The notes beneath the pieces are model-generated. The model was not told the origin of the DNA and made no database searches. It saw only the letters and a list, made by a program, of their open reading frames with translations. Source: Plasmodiophora brassicae (lineage: Eukaryota). Taken from it: a DNA stretch of 64,000 nt. Of the stretch, positions 12,962-22,195 are shown in pieces; positions within the stretch are counted from its first letter, which is position 1; each line of letters opens with the position of its first letter. The DNA lies in the NCBI GenBank assembly GCA_036867785.1, contig CP145411.1:1612001-1676000 (forward strand), read 5' to 3'. A program made the translations under genes and the position numbers.

Positions 12962-13525
12962 TTACACTCCTGCATTGAACATTGCTGCCAGGTCGTCTAC
13001 AGCAGTCTCCTCAGCGTCCAACGTGCTCACTTCGACGTAGCGGCACGCTGGTTGAACCTCGGCGCCACCCTTCGTAATGTGCGCCTCCCAGTTGTCCAGC
13101 TTGAACTCGTCCCTCGGGTTTGCTCGCGCTCGTATCCTCGCCTTCAGCACATCGTTATCAGGACAGCGCACGTACACGACCTGGACGCTGGCGTCCAACA
13201 TGTGTTCCAGCGTCTCCGCCCAGTCCTTATCGTGGAGTTCCTGAGTGAACGGCCCGACGATGACGCAATCGAGATTCGGGTTGTCGTTGGCGATAGCGAA
13301 GACGGTGCGATAGACACTGTCGCGAAACGTCTGCTTATACGTTGGGGAATCGCGGTCGCGCGGCGAACGGCCAGCGAGCACGAGACCCGCTCGAACGACG
13401 TCCTCGGTGCATGTGTCCGTGTCCAGGAACATGCAGGGTGACAATCTAGCCGCCAGGCGCCGCCCGATCGTCGTCTTGCCGACGCCCGCTCTACCGGTCA
13501 CCACGACCACCCGGCGCCTAGCCAT
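12962..13525 (-). CDS. Small P-loop kinase (AAA_33 / nucleoside-nucleotide kinase-like), intronless
   Basis: Walker A GRAGVGKTT, FLDTD and lid motif LKARIRARANPRD. Confidence 0.8.
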   Translation of the reverse strand: MARRRVVVVTGRAGVGKTTIGRRLAARLSPCMFLDTDTCTEDVVRAGLVLAGRSPRDRDSPTYKQTFRDSVYRTVFAIANDNPNLDCVIVGPFTQELHDKDWAETLEHMLDASVQVVYVRCPDNDVLKARIRARANPRDEFKLDNWEAHITKGGAEVQPACRYVEVSTLDAEETAVDDLAAMFNAGV

Positions 13526-13569
13526 TATTAGCACGGTGCAACCGTTTCAAGTTTTATGACGATGTCGCG

Positions 13570-13735
13570 CTTGGGGATGGTAGGCGAGGACTGTCAGTTC
13601 CTCAAGGCGATCTGGATCTAGGCGACTTCGGTAAGGGTGCGGGCCTTGAGGGTGATCGGAGAGGATCATGAACTCCTCAAGGCGATCTGGATCTAGGCGC
13701 ACACGTTTGGGATCCGATAACCGCCTGAGGTCGGT
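13570..13735 (-). pseudogene. Possible hAT transposase C-terminal remnant, internally duplicated
   Basis: LSDPKRVRLDPDRLEEFMIL and PYRSRLDPDRLEELTVL resemble the end of the hAT dimerisation domain (RxRLxPxxxExL). DNA repeat ctcaaggcgatctggatctaggcg at about 13601 and 13676. Confidence 0.35.
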
Positions 13736-13970
13736 CGCACCCAGCCCTGCCACCTGTTCTGTCAGGCCATGCTGAACGTTGACGAGTGAACGAAAGCAGC
13801 GTCGCTGGAGGTGACGGTGCATTGCACAAGCCAGTGACATCGTGTGTGTGCAAGCGGGGAATTTGGGACTAATGTCCAGATTGCCAGCATCCGCCGGCAC
13901 TACCTGTCGTGACTCACTCATGCCACGACAATTATATGGGCGGCAGCCCTAAGAGGTCCTTCGCAGACTC

Positions 13971-14035
13971 CGCCACGGTGTCCGTGACGGACGTGCGTTG
14001 GGAACCGCCACGGTGTCCGTGGCGGACGTGCGCGG
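13971..14035. repeat. Short direct repeat (cgccacggtgtccgtg(a/g)cggacgtgcg x2)
   Basis: Seen directly, upstream of the snoRNA host transcript. Confidence 0.8.
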
Positions 14036-14176
14036 GAACCTGCGCGTCGACCAGGGCCTCGTCATTCGTTAAACAGGCTGGTTGGCGTTCCTTGTCCACC
14101 TACCGAGATCATGTTGCAGCACAATGGTATAGTGACAAGGTATGCAGTTGTTTGGTTTCGGGACGCATTTGCTTTT

Positions 14177-14278
14177 GAGATGATTAGTTTGAAACTTCTT
14201 ACCCCATGTGAATCGCTAGTTGATCACACCTCGTAAGACAGTGGGCCGCGGCCAGCGGATTCCATTGCAGAATGATCG
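14177..14278 (+). ncRNA. Orphan box C/D-like RNA, copy 1
   Basis: Intronic; C-like ATGATTA at 14180, ACTTCTTACCCC, long hairpin with GTAA loop, D-like ATGA at 14272. Confidence 0.75.
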
Positions 14279-14421
14279 CTTTTTTATCGCATTGTGTTCG
14301 TCTCGAACGTTTCATTTGACTGACAGCTCGTCTCAGGGGAGCACGTGTTGACTGGATAGCCAAGCGTGGCCGGGCGGTGTATACATCAGGTACATGTTTA
14401 TTGTTTTCTCCGTTTCTTTTA

Positions 14422-14524
14422 TCGAGATGATTATGAATAACTTCTTACCCCAAGTGAATCGCTAGTTGATCATACCACGTGAGGCAGTGGGCTGCGGCCA
14501 GCGGCTCTACTGTGGAATGATCGA
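14422..14524 (+). ncRNA. Orphan box C/D-like RNA, copy 2
   Basis: Intronic; TCGA/TCGA terminal stem, ATGATTA at 14427, ACTTCTTACCCC, hairpin with GTGA loop, ATGA at 14517. Confidence 0.78.
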
Positions 14525-14655
14525 ATTGAACAGTCCCATTTTTATTTGTCCATGCGCTTTCCAGTACTGACTGTTGCCTGTTGCAGATGATTGGGGGCCT
14601 GAGTAGAACGCAAATCAAGTCTTCTGCAGGTAACTTTTTTAAGTTGAAACTGACA

Positions 14656-14763
14656 GTTCGAAATGATTATGAAATTACTTCTTACCCCGAGTGAATCGCT
14701 AGTTGATCACACATTGTAAGACAATGGGCTGCGGCCAGCGGTTTCATTGTGGAATGATCGAAC
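14656..14763 (+). ncRNA. Orphan box C/D-like RNA, copy 3
   Basis: Intronic; GTTCGA/TCGAAC terminal stem, ATGATTA at 14663, ACTTCTTACCCC, hairpin with GTAA loop, ATGA at 14754. Confidence 0.78.
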
Positions 14764-14918
14764 GACCTTTTATTTCAGTACTCGTTGCCCTTATGTAGAC
14801 ACGAACTGACTGCCAGTGTTTGCAGAGCTAACCCCCCCCCCCCCCCCATTCTGCCGGTGCCTCGGTTGTCGTGACCAAGAACTGCGCAAAGGTAAACCTT
14901 TGTAACCGCTAATCATTT

Positions 14919-15000
14919 GCCACATGATGATCTATTCAGTTCTGCTCCTGAAAGCAAATTATTTGCATGTGTTGCAAACTATACCAAATTCGCTGATGGC
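14919..15000 (+). ncRNA. Box C/D snoRNA with two LSU guides (U38/snR61-like D' guide; D guide to the yeast Um898-equivalent site)
   Basis: C box ATGATGA 14924, D' CTGA 14948, D CTGA 14993, GCCA/TGGC stem. CAGTTCTGCT is antisense to LSU AGCAGAACUG; CTATACCAAATTCG is near-antisense to LSU CGAAUUUGGGUAUAG (one C fewer). Confidence 0.85.
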
Positions 15001-15097
15001 TTTAAAATTGTTCTGTTTTCAAAACCTGTGTGCGAAGTATGCTGACGTCGCCTCGTAGGTATACCGATTGGTTCAGTTGCACGATTTCCCTGCTCTG

Positions 15098-15176
15098 GTG
15101 ATGAGGTTCGTCTTAGACGGGCGGTCGTAAGCCGGGACTTACAACCTCGGTGTATTGACGAAGAATTAAACTCTGA
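15098..15176 (+). ncRNA. Box C/D snoRNA, U43/snR70-like (SSU Cm1639 equivalent)
   Basis: C box GTGATGA 15098, D CTGA 15173. GACGGGCGGT is antisense to SSU ACCGCCCGUC; the D' box is degenerate. Confidence 0.75.
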
Positions 15177-15304
15177 TTCTGGATTTCATTTTTCAAATCC
15201 TTTCTACTTGGGGGCTTTCTAACCGGGTGCACTGTGCAGGTTGCCATAACAGTTTCGTGACACGCAATGATGGTACGCCTGCCTAGTTTCTTATATTTCG
15301 GATT

Positions 15305-15375
15305 GCACGTGATGACCACACATAGACCTGTTCCGAGAGATATGCATGTGGACAGAATTCCTCGTTTCTGAAGCA
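15305..15375 (+). ncRNA. Box C/D snoRNA with two SSU guides (U25/snR56-like and snR57-like)
   Basis: C box GTGATGA 15309, D' CCGA, D CTGA 15368. CATAGACCTGTT is antisense (one G-U) to SSU AACAGGUCUGUG; GAATTCCTCGTT is antisense to SSU AACGAGGAAUUC. Confidence 0.9.
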
Positions 15376-15543
15376 CAATCACATTTGCTGTTTACCTTTT
15401 CTGCTATCTATGTTCAAGGTTGCTGACGTCTGGACGTTCCCAAACAGGTGATCTTCCTTGCCATCGGATATGTCGGTGGGCGTCGTGTCGAATGCGAAGC
15501 TCGCAGATATCGGGTATGAAGTCTTTTCTTCAATTTGTCGTTT

Positions 15544-15619
15544 GCTTCTGATGTTACACCATATTTGCTACTCTTGACTGTTGTGTGATGATTCTCTATC
15601 CACCAAGATCTCTGAAGCG
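15544..15619 (+). ncRNA. SNORD24: U24 box C/D snoRNA
   Basis: U24-type C box TGATGT; guides TATTTGCTACT (antisense to LSU AGUAGCAAAUA) and CCACCAAGATCT (antisense to AGAUCUUGGUGG); internal C' GTGATGA; D CTGA 15612. Confidence 0.92.
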
Positions 15620-15769
15620 TTGTCTGCTCTTTGCCGTTCCTTTTCGTAGTCTTTATGATCATTAACATGGTTGCGTAGGGCCTTCCCTGGTCACTTTCAT
15701 CATATCAAACCTTACCTCCCCGCCAAGGCTCATCAGGTACGCGCATTTGCGTTTCGACCGTCATTTCTT

Positions 15770-15854
15770 GTGATGAACGTGCATCTCGCCAATCGAATTC
15801 GTTTGCCATGTCAGCAACGGGCAATGTGACTAGTTGATGCTGCCTTCCTTCTGA
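15770..15854 (+). ncRNA. Box C/D snoRNA, snR52/U83-like (SSU Am420 equivalent)
   Basis: C box GTGATGA 15770. TGCTGCCTTCCTT directly before D box CTGA 15851 is antisense to SSU AAGGAAGGCAGCA, and the D+5 rule lands on the A420-equivalent. Confidence 0.9.
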
Positions 15855-15967
15855 ATCGCTTCATTTGCCGTTTATGTCCGCGTGTCCGTTGACCAGCCAA
15901 CTAATCGATCCGCTGTGTAGGCATGCCAGGGTAAGATGCTCCCCCCTTTTTTTCACGTCCGCCTTTC

Positions 15968-16040
15968 GAATGATGAACAACCAAGTCCAATTCTTAACCA
16001 ACCATGTTGAACACGAAAACGAGCTTTTTAAATCTGATTC
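15968..16040 (+). ncRNA. Box C/D snoRNA, U36/snR47-like (SSU Am619 equivalent)
   Basis: C box ATGATGA 15970; ACGAGCTTTTTAA is antisense to SSU UUAAAAAGCUCGU; D CTGA 16034; GAA/TTC stem. Confidence 0.9.
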
Positions 16041-16155
16041 CCAACATTCCCCGCGTTTCGTCACTTGATCGTCTGCCCTGATCGCTGACCGTGCGCCCTG
16101 CTTTGTACAGACGTGACACAATGCATATTATAAACACTATGAATATTATTACGTT

Positions 16156-18709
16156 TTATCTTTTCGGGCCTCTGCCACCCGTTTCGGTCTGTGATGCTCG
16201 TATCATGTCATTCACCAGATCGGGCCAGATTCTGTCGGCGAACGATCCGCGTATTGTCATCGTGATCGCCATCACGCATAGTCGCCGCGCCGGTGATGTT
16301 CCTGCCACCGTCGTCAAACGTCGTGTGAATTTCCTGTCGTTCGCGGTACCATCATCGTGCTGGCGTTCAGCTTCTGAGCGAGCTGCGGGAACCAATCGCC
16401 GAACGGAAGCCAACAGCGTCTCGTCGGCGTGCTGCCCATCGTCCAGGGCCTGCGTACATGCCAGCACCGGCATCAGGAACCCCTTCGTCTTCTGGATGCG
16501 TTGGTTCCTCCACTTCGTTCGCAGGTTGCCTGTGGCGATTGACGAACGTCAGCCCACGGTTTCGTCAACCTCTAGTAGGCTACTAACTGAAATATTCGTT
16601 GGCCATCGCGCGCTCCTGTGGCGTCACCACCATCTCATTGTAACTTGTCAGGTTCGGCAACCTGAACACGAGGTACAGCCGGTGCAACGGGACCGTCGCG
16701 ATCGGGTTCGACGACACCAGGACCTCGGTGATCCTGGTGAACACCTGCGGGTAAAGCAGTAAGCGCGAGGAACGAGTTCCCGTGATCTCTCTGCGGCTAC
16801 CGAAAGCGAGTCGAGCTGGTAGAACGAGACGATGTTGTTGAAGGAGAATTCGAGGCGTCGCAGGTTCGCCCAGGCGACGAATTTGCTGAAGAACGGCGTG
16901 ATGTTGTTGAAGGGGACGTACTGGAAGCTGAGCGACGTACAGTCCGACGCCGTCTCCAGGTCGAGCGCCTGGAACCCGAATCCGAATCTGCCATCAGTTC
17001 GGGTCAGCGGGAGCCATTAGCCACAGCGCGCCTACTGACACGGCGAGTTTCGTCCTGCCGTTCTGGAACTGGTAGAACGACGGCAACGTGGATTCCTCGA
17101 GGTCATCTGCGTCATCGGGCCGATCAGCGCAACGCCCTCCCCTGGGAGTGGGCCTGCCGCCCATTCTACACCTAAGTTGTGTTGGTTGGCCTCCCACCAG
17201 TCCCGAATCTTGTGCGAGTTCGCCGTCCAGGGCGCCGCTGTCGGCCGCACCCGTTGCCCCATGGATGCGACCTGACCGCCCGGTGCCGCTGGATCCTCTG
17301 TCGCCGGCGGGACTTGCTCTGCCGCCTTCGATTTGTCGTCGTCCGACGAATACGACCATGGCTCGTGCTGTCGTTCCCCATCACTGTCAGCGCGTTCCTC
17401 TGCGGGAGCGGACACGTCTTCTCCAGGCGCAGGAGCACGCGTAACGGGCCGATGCCCGCCTTCCCAGACGTCCAGCGCCATTCTACATTCGGCATATCAC
17501 GACATGGATCGAACAGCAACCGTTCGCGACGACGACCGACACGTTTGCCAATCCACCAGACTGGATGCGCATCATGAACGCAGGATCGGAGCAGATCGGG
17601 TTGTGCCTCAGGGTTAGTTCTGGACGCGCAACCCATCAGGGCGTGTTGCAGGACGTCAACCAGGGCGGCGAACCTCGAAGGGAGACGATGGCCGACAGCG
17701 CGTCGATGACGCTGGAACTGGTGATGCGGTTGTTTGTCAGGAACGCCCTCGACAGGTTGGGGAGGCCGGTTAGCGTACAGCATTGAAACACCTGCCCCAC
17801 GGGTACGGGTGAGGCCTGGAAGACATCCAGTGAGTCCCGTATGCCTCCGTCACCTCATTGTGGGACAGATTGATCTCCGACAGGGACGACATTCCCGACA
17901 GGTTCTCGATCCGTTCGATGCGGTTGCTTTCCAAGTTCAGTACGCGCAGGGATTTCAGGTGCTGTACGTTTTCTGCAAACCCAGGGTGCCCCGAGTTATT
18001 AAGTCACGCGTAGCGACACAGGTGAACACACTGGGCGACGAACCGATTCGCGGGATATTGTTGGAATGCAGGTCGAGAACGTCGAGCATTGGAACCTGTT
18101 CCAACCCGGAGATCGCGGTGAGGTTGTTCTGCCCGAGGAGGAGGACCCGCAGGAGAGGGACGCTGTCAAGTCCAGCAATGCTCTGCGAGGCGTTAGGGGA
18201 CAGCTGCTGCAGAACGAAATCGGGTGCCCACCTGAAGGCCGTTGTTGTGGAAGTCGAGGAAGATCAGGTTGGGCAGCGTCAGGCGCTCGATCCGCCGTAT
18301 GAAGTTGTTCTCGAAGCTCAGCAGCTGCAGGCGCTCCTCGCCGACGAACGTGGGGCAGACCATCAGGCCGCGCCCGTTCAACGTCAGCCGATCCGGCCGC
18401 GTCCCCTTCTCTGAGGCGCTCCTCGACACGACTGGAATCAAATGGTTCACTGGACGCGGCAACGACGACACCTAGCATTGAAGGATCAGCAGCGGTTCAG
18501 CGGGGGGATGGGTTGCCATTGCTCACCGATGATGTGGCAGTGGCGTTCGGCGGCGGCTGCTGGTTTGCGCTAATCAACCGGGCCAGGCGGCTGGGCGAGT
18601 ACCGCATACGACTGGGCGCATGGTCTACGCGTGCATGCACTGAGCATTGGGCAGAAAGCCGGGAATCGCCATACGGTACTGCACCTGCTGTCGGCAACGG
18701 GTCGGCCAT
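16156..18709 (-). CDS. LRRC49: LRRC49-like leucine-rich repeat protein (tubulin polyglutamylase complex / centriolar), multi-exon
   Basis: DRLTLNGRGLMVCPTFVGEERLQLLSFENNFIRRIERLTLPNLIFLDFHNN followed by SDS22-type LRRs (LDVLDLHSN, LRVLNLESNRIERIENL). Confidence 0.75.
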
Positions 18710-18918
18710 GAAGCGGGCCCGGGCCCCGAGATACGACCCACCGCCAGCTGTGACGCGGGCGCCTCTGAATCACGTTCGGTGCGAGGCCACGCCCAGAGCG
18801 ACATTGGCAGACGCAACAGGAACCTCTGCAACGATTCGCTATCGCTCATGACGGTATCCTACCCAATGCTGAATGAAAATAGGGCGGGCGCGGGCACCAC
18901 CGGACCCAGTGGCCAAGA

Positions 18919-20016
18919 ATGGCATCCCCTCCGAAGGCGTCGGCGACGTCGGCGCCCGGGACGCCGGCGTTCGCCTCGTTCCGAGGTGCTGCGACGCCTG
19001 GTATCGCCCAATCCGCGCACAAGACGCCCGCCAAGACGCCTAGGTCCAGTCGCCGTGTTGTAGAAGGTATTCCGATGGTGCGCGCTTCCCGCGTTGCCTT
19101 GCTCATCGTGGGCGTTGCAGTGAAATCGAGGTACTTGACGAGCTCGGTCCGCAAGCAGCGTCCCGCGTCCAGCAGGGACGAGAACGCGTACAAGAGTGAC
19201 AATGTTCGCCGGTCGATGTCCAGTCGGAAACAGCGCCCTGAGCCAGTTAACACTCCCAGAAACAATCGCCCGGCATCACCACCAACAAGCGCCCGACGGA
19301 AGTCGCTGATACGAAGGACAGTGCCGTTGTCGACGGCGAAGATGAAGCAGTGGCAAGTGCCGTCGGAAGAGAAGGCGACGACGACGAGGACGACGACGAG
19401 CGCTCGGAAGCCGCAGTCTGGCGTTCATCCTGTTCGTCGTGTGGAATTGCTGAGGAATATGATCCTGCAAGCGGCCTATGCGAGGGCTCTTGTCTCCGAA
19501 TCGTTGGCGCGTTCCACGAAAGCATTTGATGATTGGTGCTCCTCTGTGCACGAATCCATCCAGGGGAGCCAGCGCGCCACCGCCAACCTCATGCTTGTCA
19601 TGCAGCGCCAAGAAATGCAGAAGGCGGCGGATGAGGTGCTGGCCAGCCAGGGTAACGCAGCTGATGATGTCGCTAGGGCGTTGACGGACATGTCGATTCG
19701 GCATCGGGAGCTGGGGTCTGCCGTTGCCAGCGCCACCGTCCAGTTGCCGGTCGCGAATTTAACATTCCGGTCGGAAGATGATCTACTGGCGTCGATGGAG
19801 AGATGCAAGGCAACTGTTGAGCGATTCGAGAAAGAGGCCCGTGTGCCGAACCAAGCCATTGGCGACATCGACGCGAATGTCGCCGACTTAAAGGATACGG
19901 TCGCCCGTGAGAGTAAGGTGCTCGAGACGGCGCGAGCCCAGCTGGTGAGGTTGGAGGCCCTGGAGAACGAAGAACGAAGCCTGAGAATCCAGACGCTCGA
20001 ACCTGAAGGCGTCTAG
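18919..20016 (+). CDS. Augmin subunit HAUS8/AUG8 (QWRF-family)-like protein, possibly one in-frame intron
   Basis: Basic disordered N-terminus with VKSRYL; RVELLRNMILQAAYARA (QWRF-like); ASATVQLPV; C-terminal coiled coil. Confidence 0.55.
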   Translation: MASPPKASATSAPGTPAFASFRGAATPGIAQSAHKTPAKTPRSSRRVVEGIPMVRASRVALLIVGVAVKSRYLTSSVRKQRPASSRDENAYKSDNVRRSMSSRKQRPEPVNTPRNNRPASPPTSARRKSLIRRTVPLSTAKMKQWQVPSEEKATTTRTTTSARKPQSGVHPVRRVELLRNMILQAAYARALVSESLARSTKAFDDWCSSVHESIQGSQRATANLMLVMQRQEMQKAADEVLASQGNAADDVARALTDMSIRHRELGSAVASATVQLPVANLTFRSEDDLLASMERCKATVERFEKEARVPNQAIGDIDANVADLKDTVARESKVLETARAQLVRLEALENEERSLRIQTLEPEGV

Positions 20017-20281
20017 TGTCATAGTGAACTCAACCCTGTTGAACACGCTACGAATTCTGAACTGCCTTTAAGTCGACACGTATGGCCCATGCGTTGCGAT
20101 GATCATAGACGGTGTCATCAGTAGTACGTTCCAGCGTCGCGGCCAATATGCAGGCCACAGCGTATGTTTCCCGTCAGACAGGCGGCGGAATGTTCCCCGA
20201 GATGTGTTGAGGTTCCGGCAGTGGCCTGCATACAGGTGGACCCGCGAGAACTGCGGAGTCCGTCGCGCAGAGTCGTTCCAG

Positions 20282-22195
20282 ATGCCTGGCCCTGCGAAGG
20301 ACGCTGCCCGTTCTGAGCGGAAGGCGCGCAAGAAGGCGAAGGGCAAGGTCGCTAATGTTGCAAAGATTGAATTGAGCGATGAGGCCAACGTGATCTCGGG
20401 AACGGCGAAGGAGCCGGCCGTTTCGAACGGTGGTATGGCTCCGGTGAAAAAGAACACGCGCACGAAGACGCCGCAGACTGACGATCCGTCTGAAACGGCT
20501 GTAAAGCGTCCTCCTGCTCAAGAACCAGCGAACGTTGAAGGTACGGTGCAACCGAACAGCACTGGTGCCCGTGAACCTACTCCGTCGAAGAAGAAGAAAA
20601 CGCGCAAATCGAAGGCGCAGGATATCGGTGCCTCTGAGGATGCTGAACACAAACCGCAGGTTGAAGAACCGGCGACTGAAGGTGCGGCGCAGGCGAACAC
20701 CAGTAGTAGCCCGTCTGGTGTTGATGGAGCCACCCCAGCGAAGAAGAAAAGGAAGCGCAAAGCGAAGTCACAGCGAGGCGGCGCCGCTGAAGCTGGTGAA
20801 CGGACGCCTCATGTTGAAGAAGCGGTGAACGGTGAAGGTACGGGCGAGTCGATCGACCAAGGCGTCTTGCGTGATGCTGTTGAATCCACTCTTGTGAAGA
20901 ATAAGATGCCCGCGACAAAGCATCAGCCTAACGGGGCCACTGAAGTTGTTCAACAGAAGGCGGATGGTGAGCTCGTAACCGAACCGAAAGAGGATAATGT
21001 CCAGCGTGACGGGAGGGACTCCACTTTGACGACGACGAAGAAGAAGAAGAAAAATGGAAAGAAACCGCCAGAGCTTAACGGGACGCTTGAAGCTGTCAAG
21101 GTGGATCAAACGGAGAACAGTGACATGATGAAGTTGACAGGCGAAAATGACGACCGTGCCGCGTCTGACTTCACTACCGCAAAGCAGACGACGATGACGA
21201 TGACGACAAAGAAGAGTAAGAAGCAAAAGCAAAGGCCTGCACACAGTGAAGCGTCGGAAGCAGCGGAACATCTCTGCCACGCTGGCGACATGCCTGTTGA
21301 TGAAGGTGTAAGCAAGTCGCTTACCGAAGGTGCCGAGGACGCTGTTGGTGGGCCTGCTGCGGCGACGAAGAAGCGAAAGCAGAAACGTAAGCGTAACGGA
21401 GCGCCCGACGTCGTCGAAGGTACTCAACCAGCTGAAAGGACAGCAAACGTTGTAACTGTGACGAAATCGGTCGAAAATGCAGTCAGTGATGCGAATGTTT
21501 CCGCCGGAATGCAGGAGATCAAGTCGAAGCAGAAAAAGCACCGCACCGAAGTCGTTCAAGATAAGGAGGATCGTCCTGTTGCTGATGGACCGGTGAATGC
21601 TGAGGGCGCGCAAAAGCCGAAGAAGAAACGTAACCGACGCGATGCTCGTGAGTGTTCTCCCGACCCTGAGAAGCGGATGAAGGATTCGGCTCCTGACGAC
21701 GAACCGTGTCCGGCTGAGGAATCGGTCCTGACGACGGTCGAAGACGTGATGGCGCTTGGACCAAGCAAACCTGTGTCGATGATGTTGAAAGTGTTCGGTA
21801 TGGCTGGCGAAGTCAAACGGGGCAAAAGCCTGGTATGGGAGATTGCATTGACCGATGCGTCCTCGCCGACGCATGCCGAATTACGTGAAAAGCACGGCGA
21901 GAATCCTCCTGACGATGCGTTTCCAGAGGCGGTTGAACTGAGGATCTGGGCTGCCGAACTGTTACCGCCCGGGATGCGAGAGCAGATTGCGTCCGGCAAG
22001 TTCGTGTTAGTAAGAAACGCGTTCCTGAAGGTCAGCGAAGAAGAAACACTCGTTGCGAATCTGAGCAACACCAAACCCGGCCAAGCGCTCCTCGTCAGCG
22101 ATAACCCGATTTCGCCATCTGAATACGGGAACGCGGTGCCGTGCAACGTCGGTCTGGGCAAGAAACGCGTTCGTCAGCGACAATCCCATTCGTGA
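20282..22195 (+). CDS. Lys/Glu-rich low-complexity protein with a C-terminal globular (OB-fold-like) domain
   Basis: Long ORF with many KKKK NLS-like clusters; beta-rich C-terminus (LVWEIALTDAS, VELRIWA, GKFVLVRNAFLKV). Confidence 0.6.
   Translation: MPGPAKDAARSERKARKKAKGKVANVAKIELSDEANVISGTAKEPAVSNGGMAPVKKNTRTKTPQTDDPSETAVKRPPAQEPANVEGTVQPNSTGAREPTPSKKKKTRKSKAQDIGASEDAEHKPQVEEPATEGAAQANTSSSPSGVDGATPAKKKRKRKAKSQRGGAAEAGERTPHVEEAVNGEGTGESIDQGVLRDAVESTLVKNKMPATKHQPNGATEVVQQKADGELVTEPKEDNVQRDGRDSTLTTTKKKKKNGKKPPELNGTLEAVKVDQTENSDMMKLTGENDDRAASDFTTAKQTTMTMTTKKSKKQKQRPAHSEASEAAEHLCHAGDMPVDEGVSKSLTEGAEDAVGGPAAATKKRKQKRKRNGAPDVVEGTQPAERTANVVTVTKSVENAVSDANVSAGMQEIKSKQKKHRTEVVQDKEDRPVADGPVNAEGAQKPKKKRNRRDARECSPDPEKRMKDSAPDDEPCPAEESVLTTVEDVMALGPSKPVSMMLKVFGMAGEVKRGKSLVWEIALTDASSPTHAELREKHGENPPDDAFPEAVELRIWAAELLPPGMREQIASGKFVLVRNAFLKVSEEETLVANLSNTKPGQALLVSDNPISPSEYGNAVPCNVGLGKKRVRQRQSHS

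Larger units (their letters stand above)
14040..16145 (+). ncRNA. Multi-intron snoRNA host gene (UHG/GAS5-like)
   Basis: Nine GT...AG introns (donors at about 14140, 14390, 14630, 14892, 15059 or 15071, 15273, 15514, 15737, 15931), each holding one C/D or C/D-like RNA. Tiny exons (10 nt at 15921-15930), AT-rich relative to flanks, no recognisable protein. Transcript ends are approximate. Confidence 0.85.

Noticed and set aside
14208-14222. GAATCGCTAGT resembling bacterial 16S rRNA
   Set aside because: Only about 11 nt, in sense orientation, and explained as one arm of the RNA hairpin.
14427-14437. GATTATGA as a guide for the tRNA-Met anticodon loop
   Set aside because: It overlaps the box C element and is absent from copy 1.
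14177-14763. Three spaced repeats as a CRISPR-like array
   Set aside because: Eukaryotic context, ~100-nt imperfect units each inside an intron, and no cas genes.
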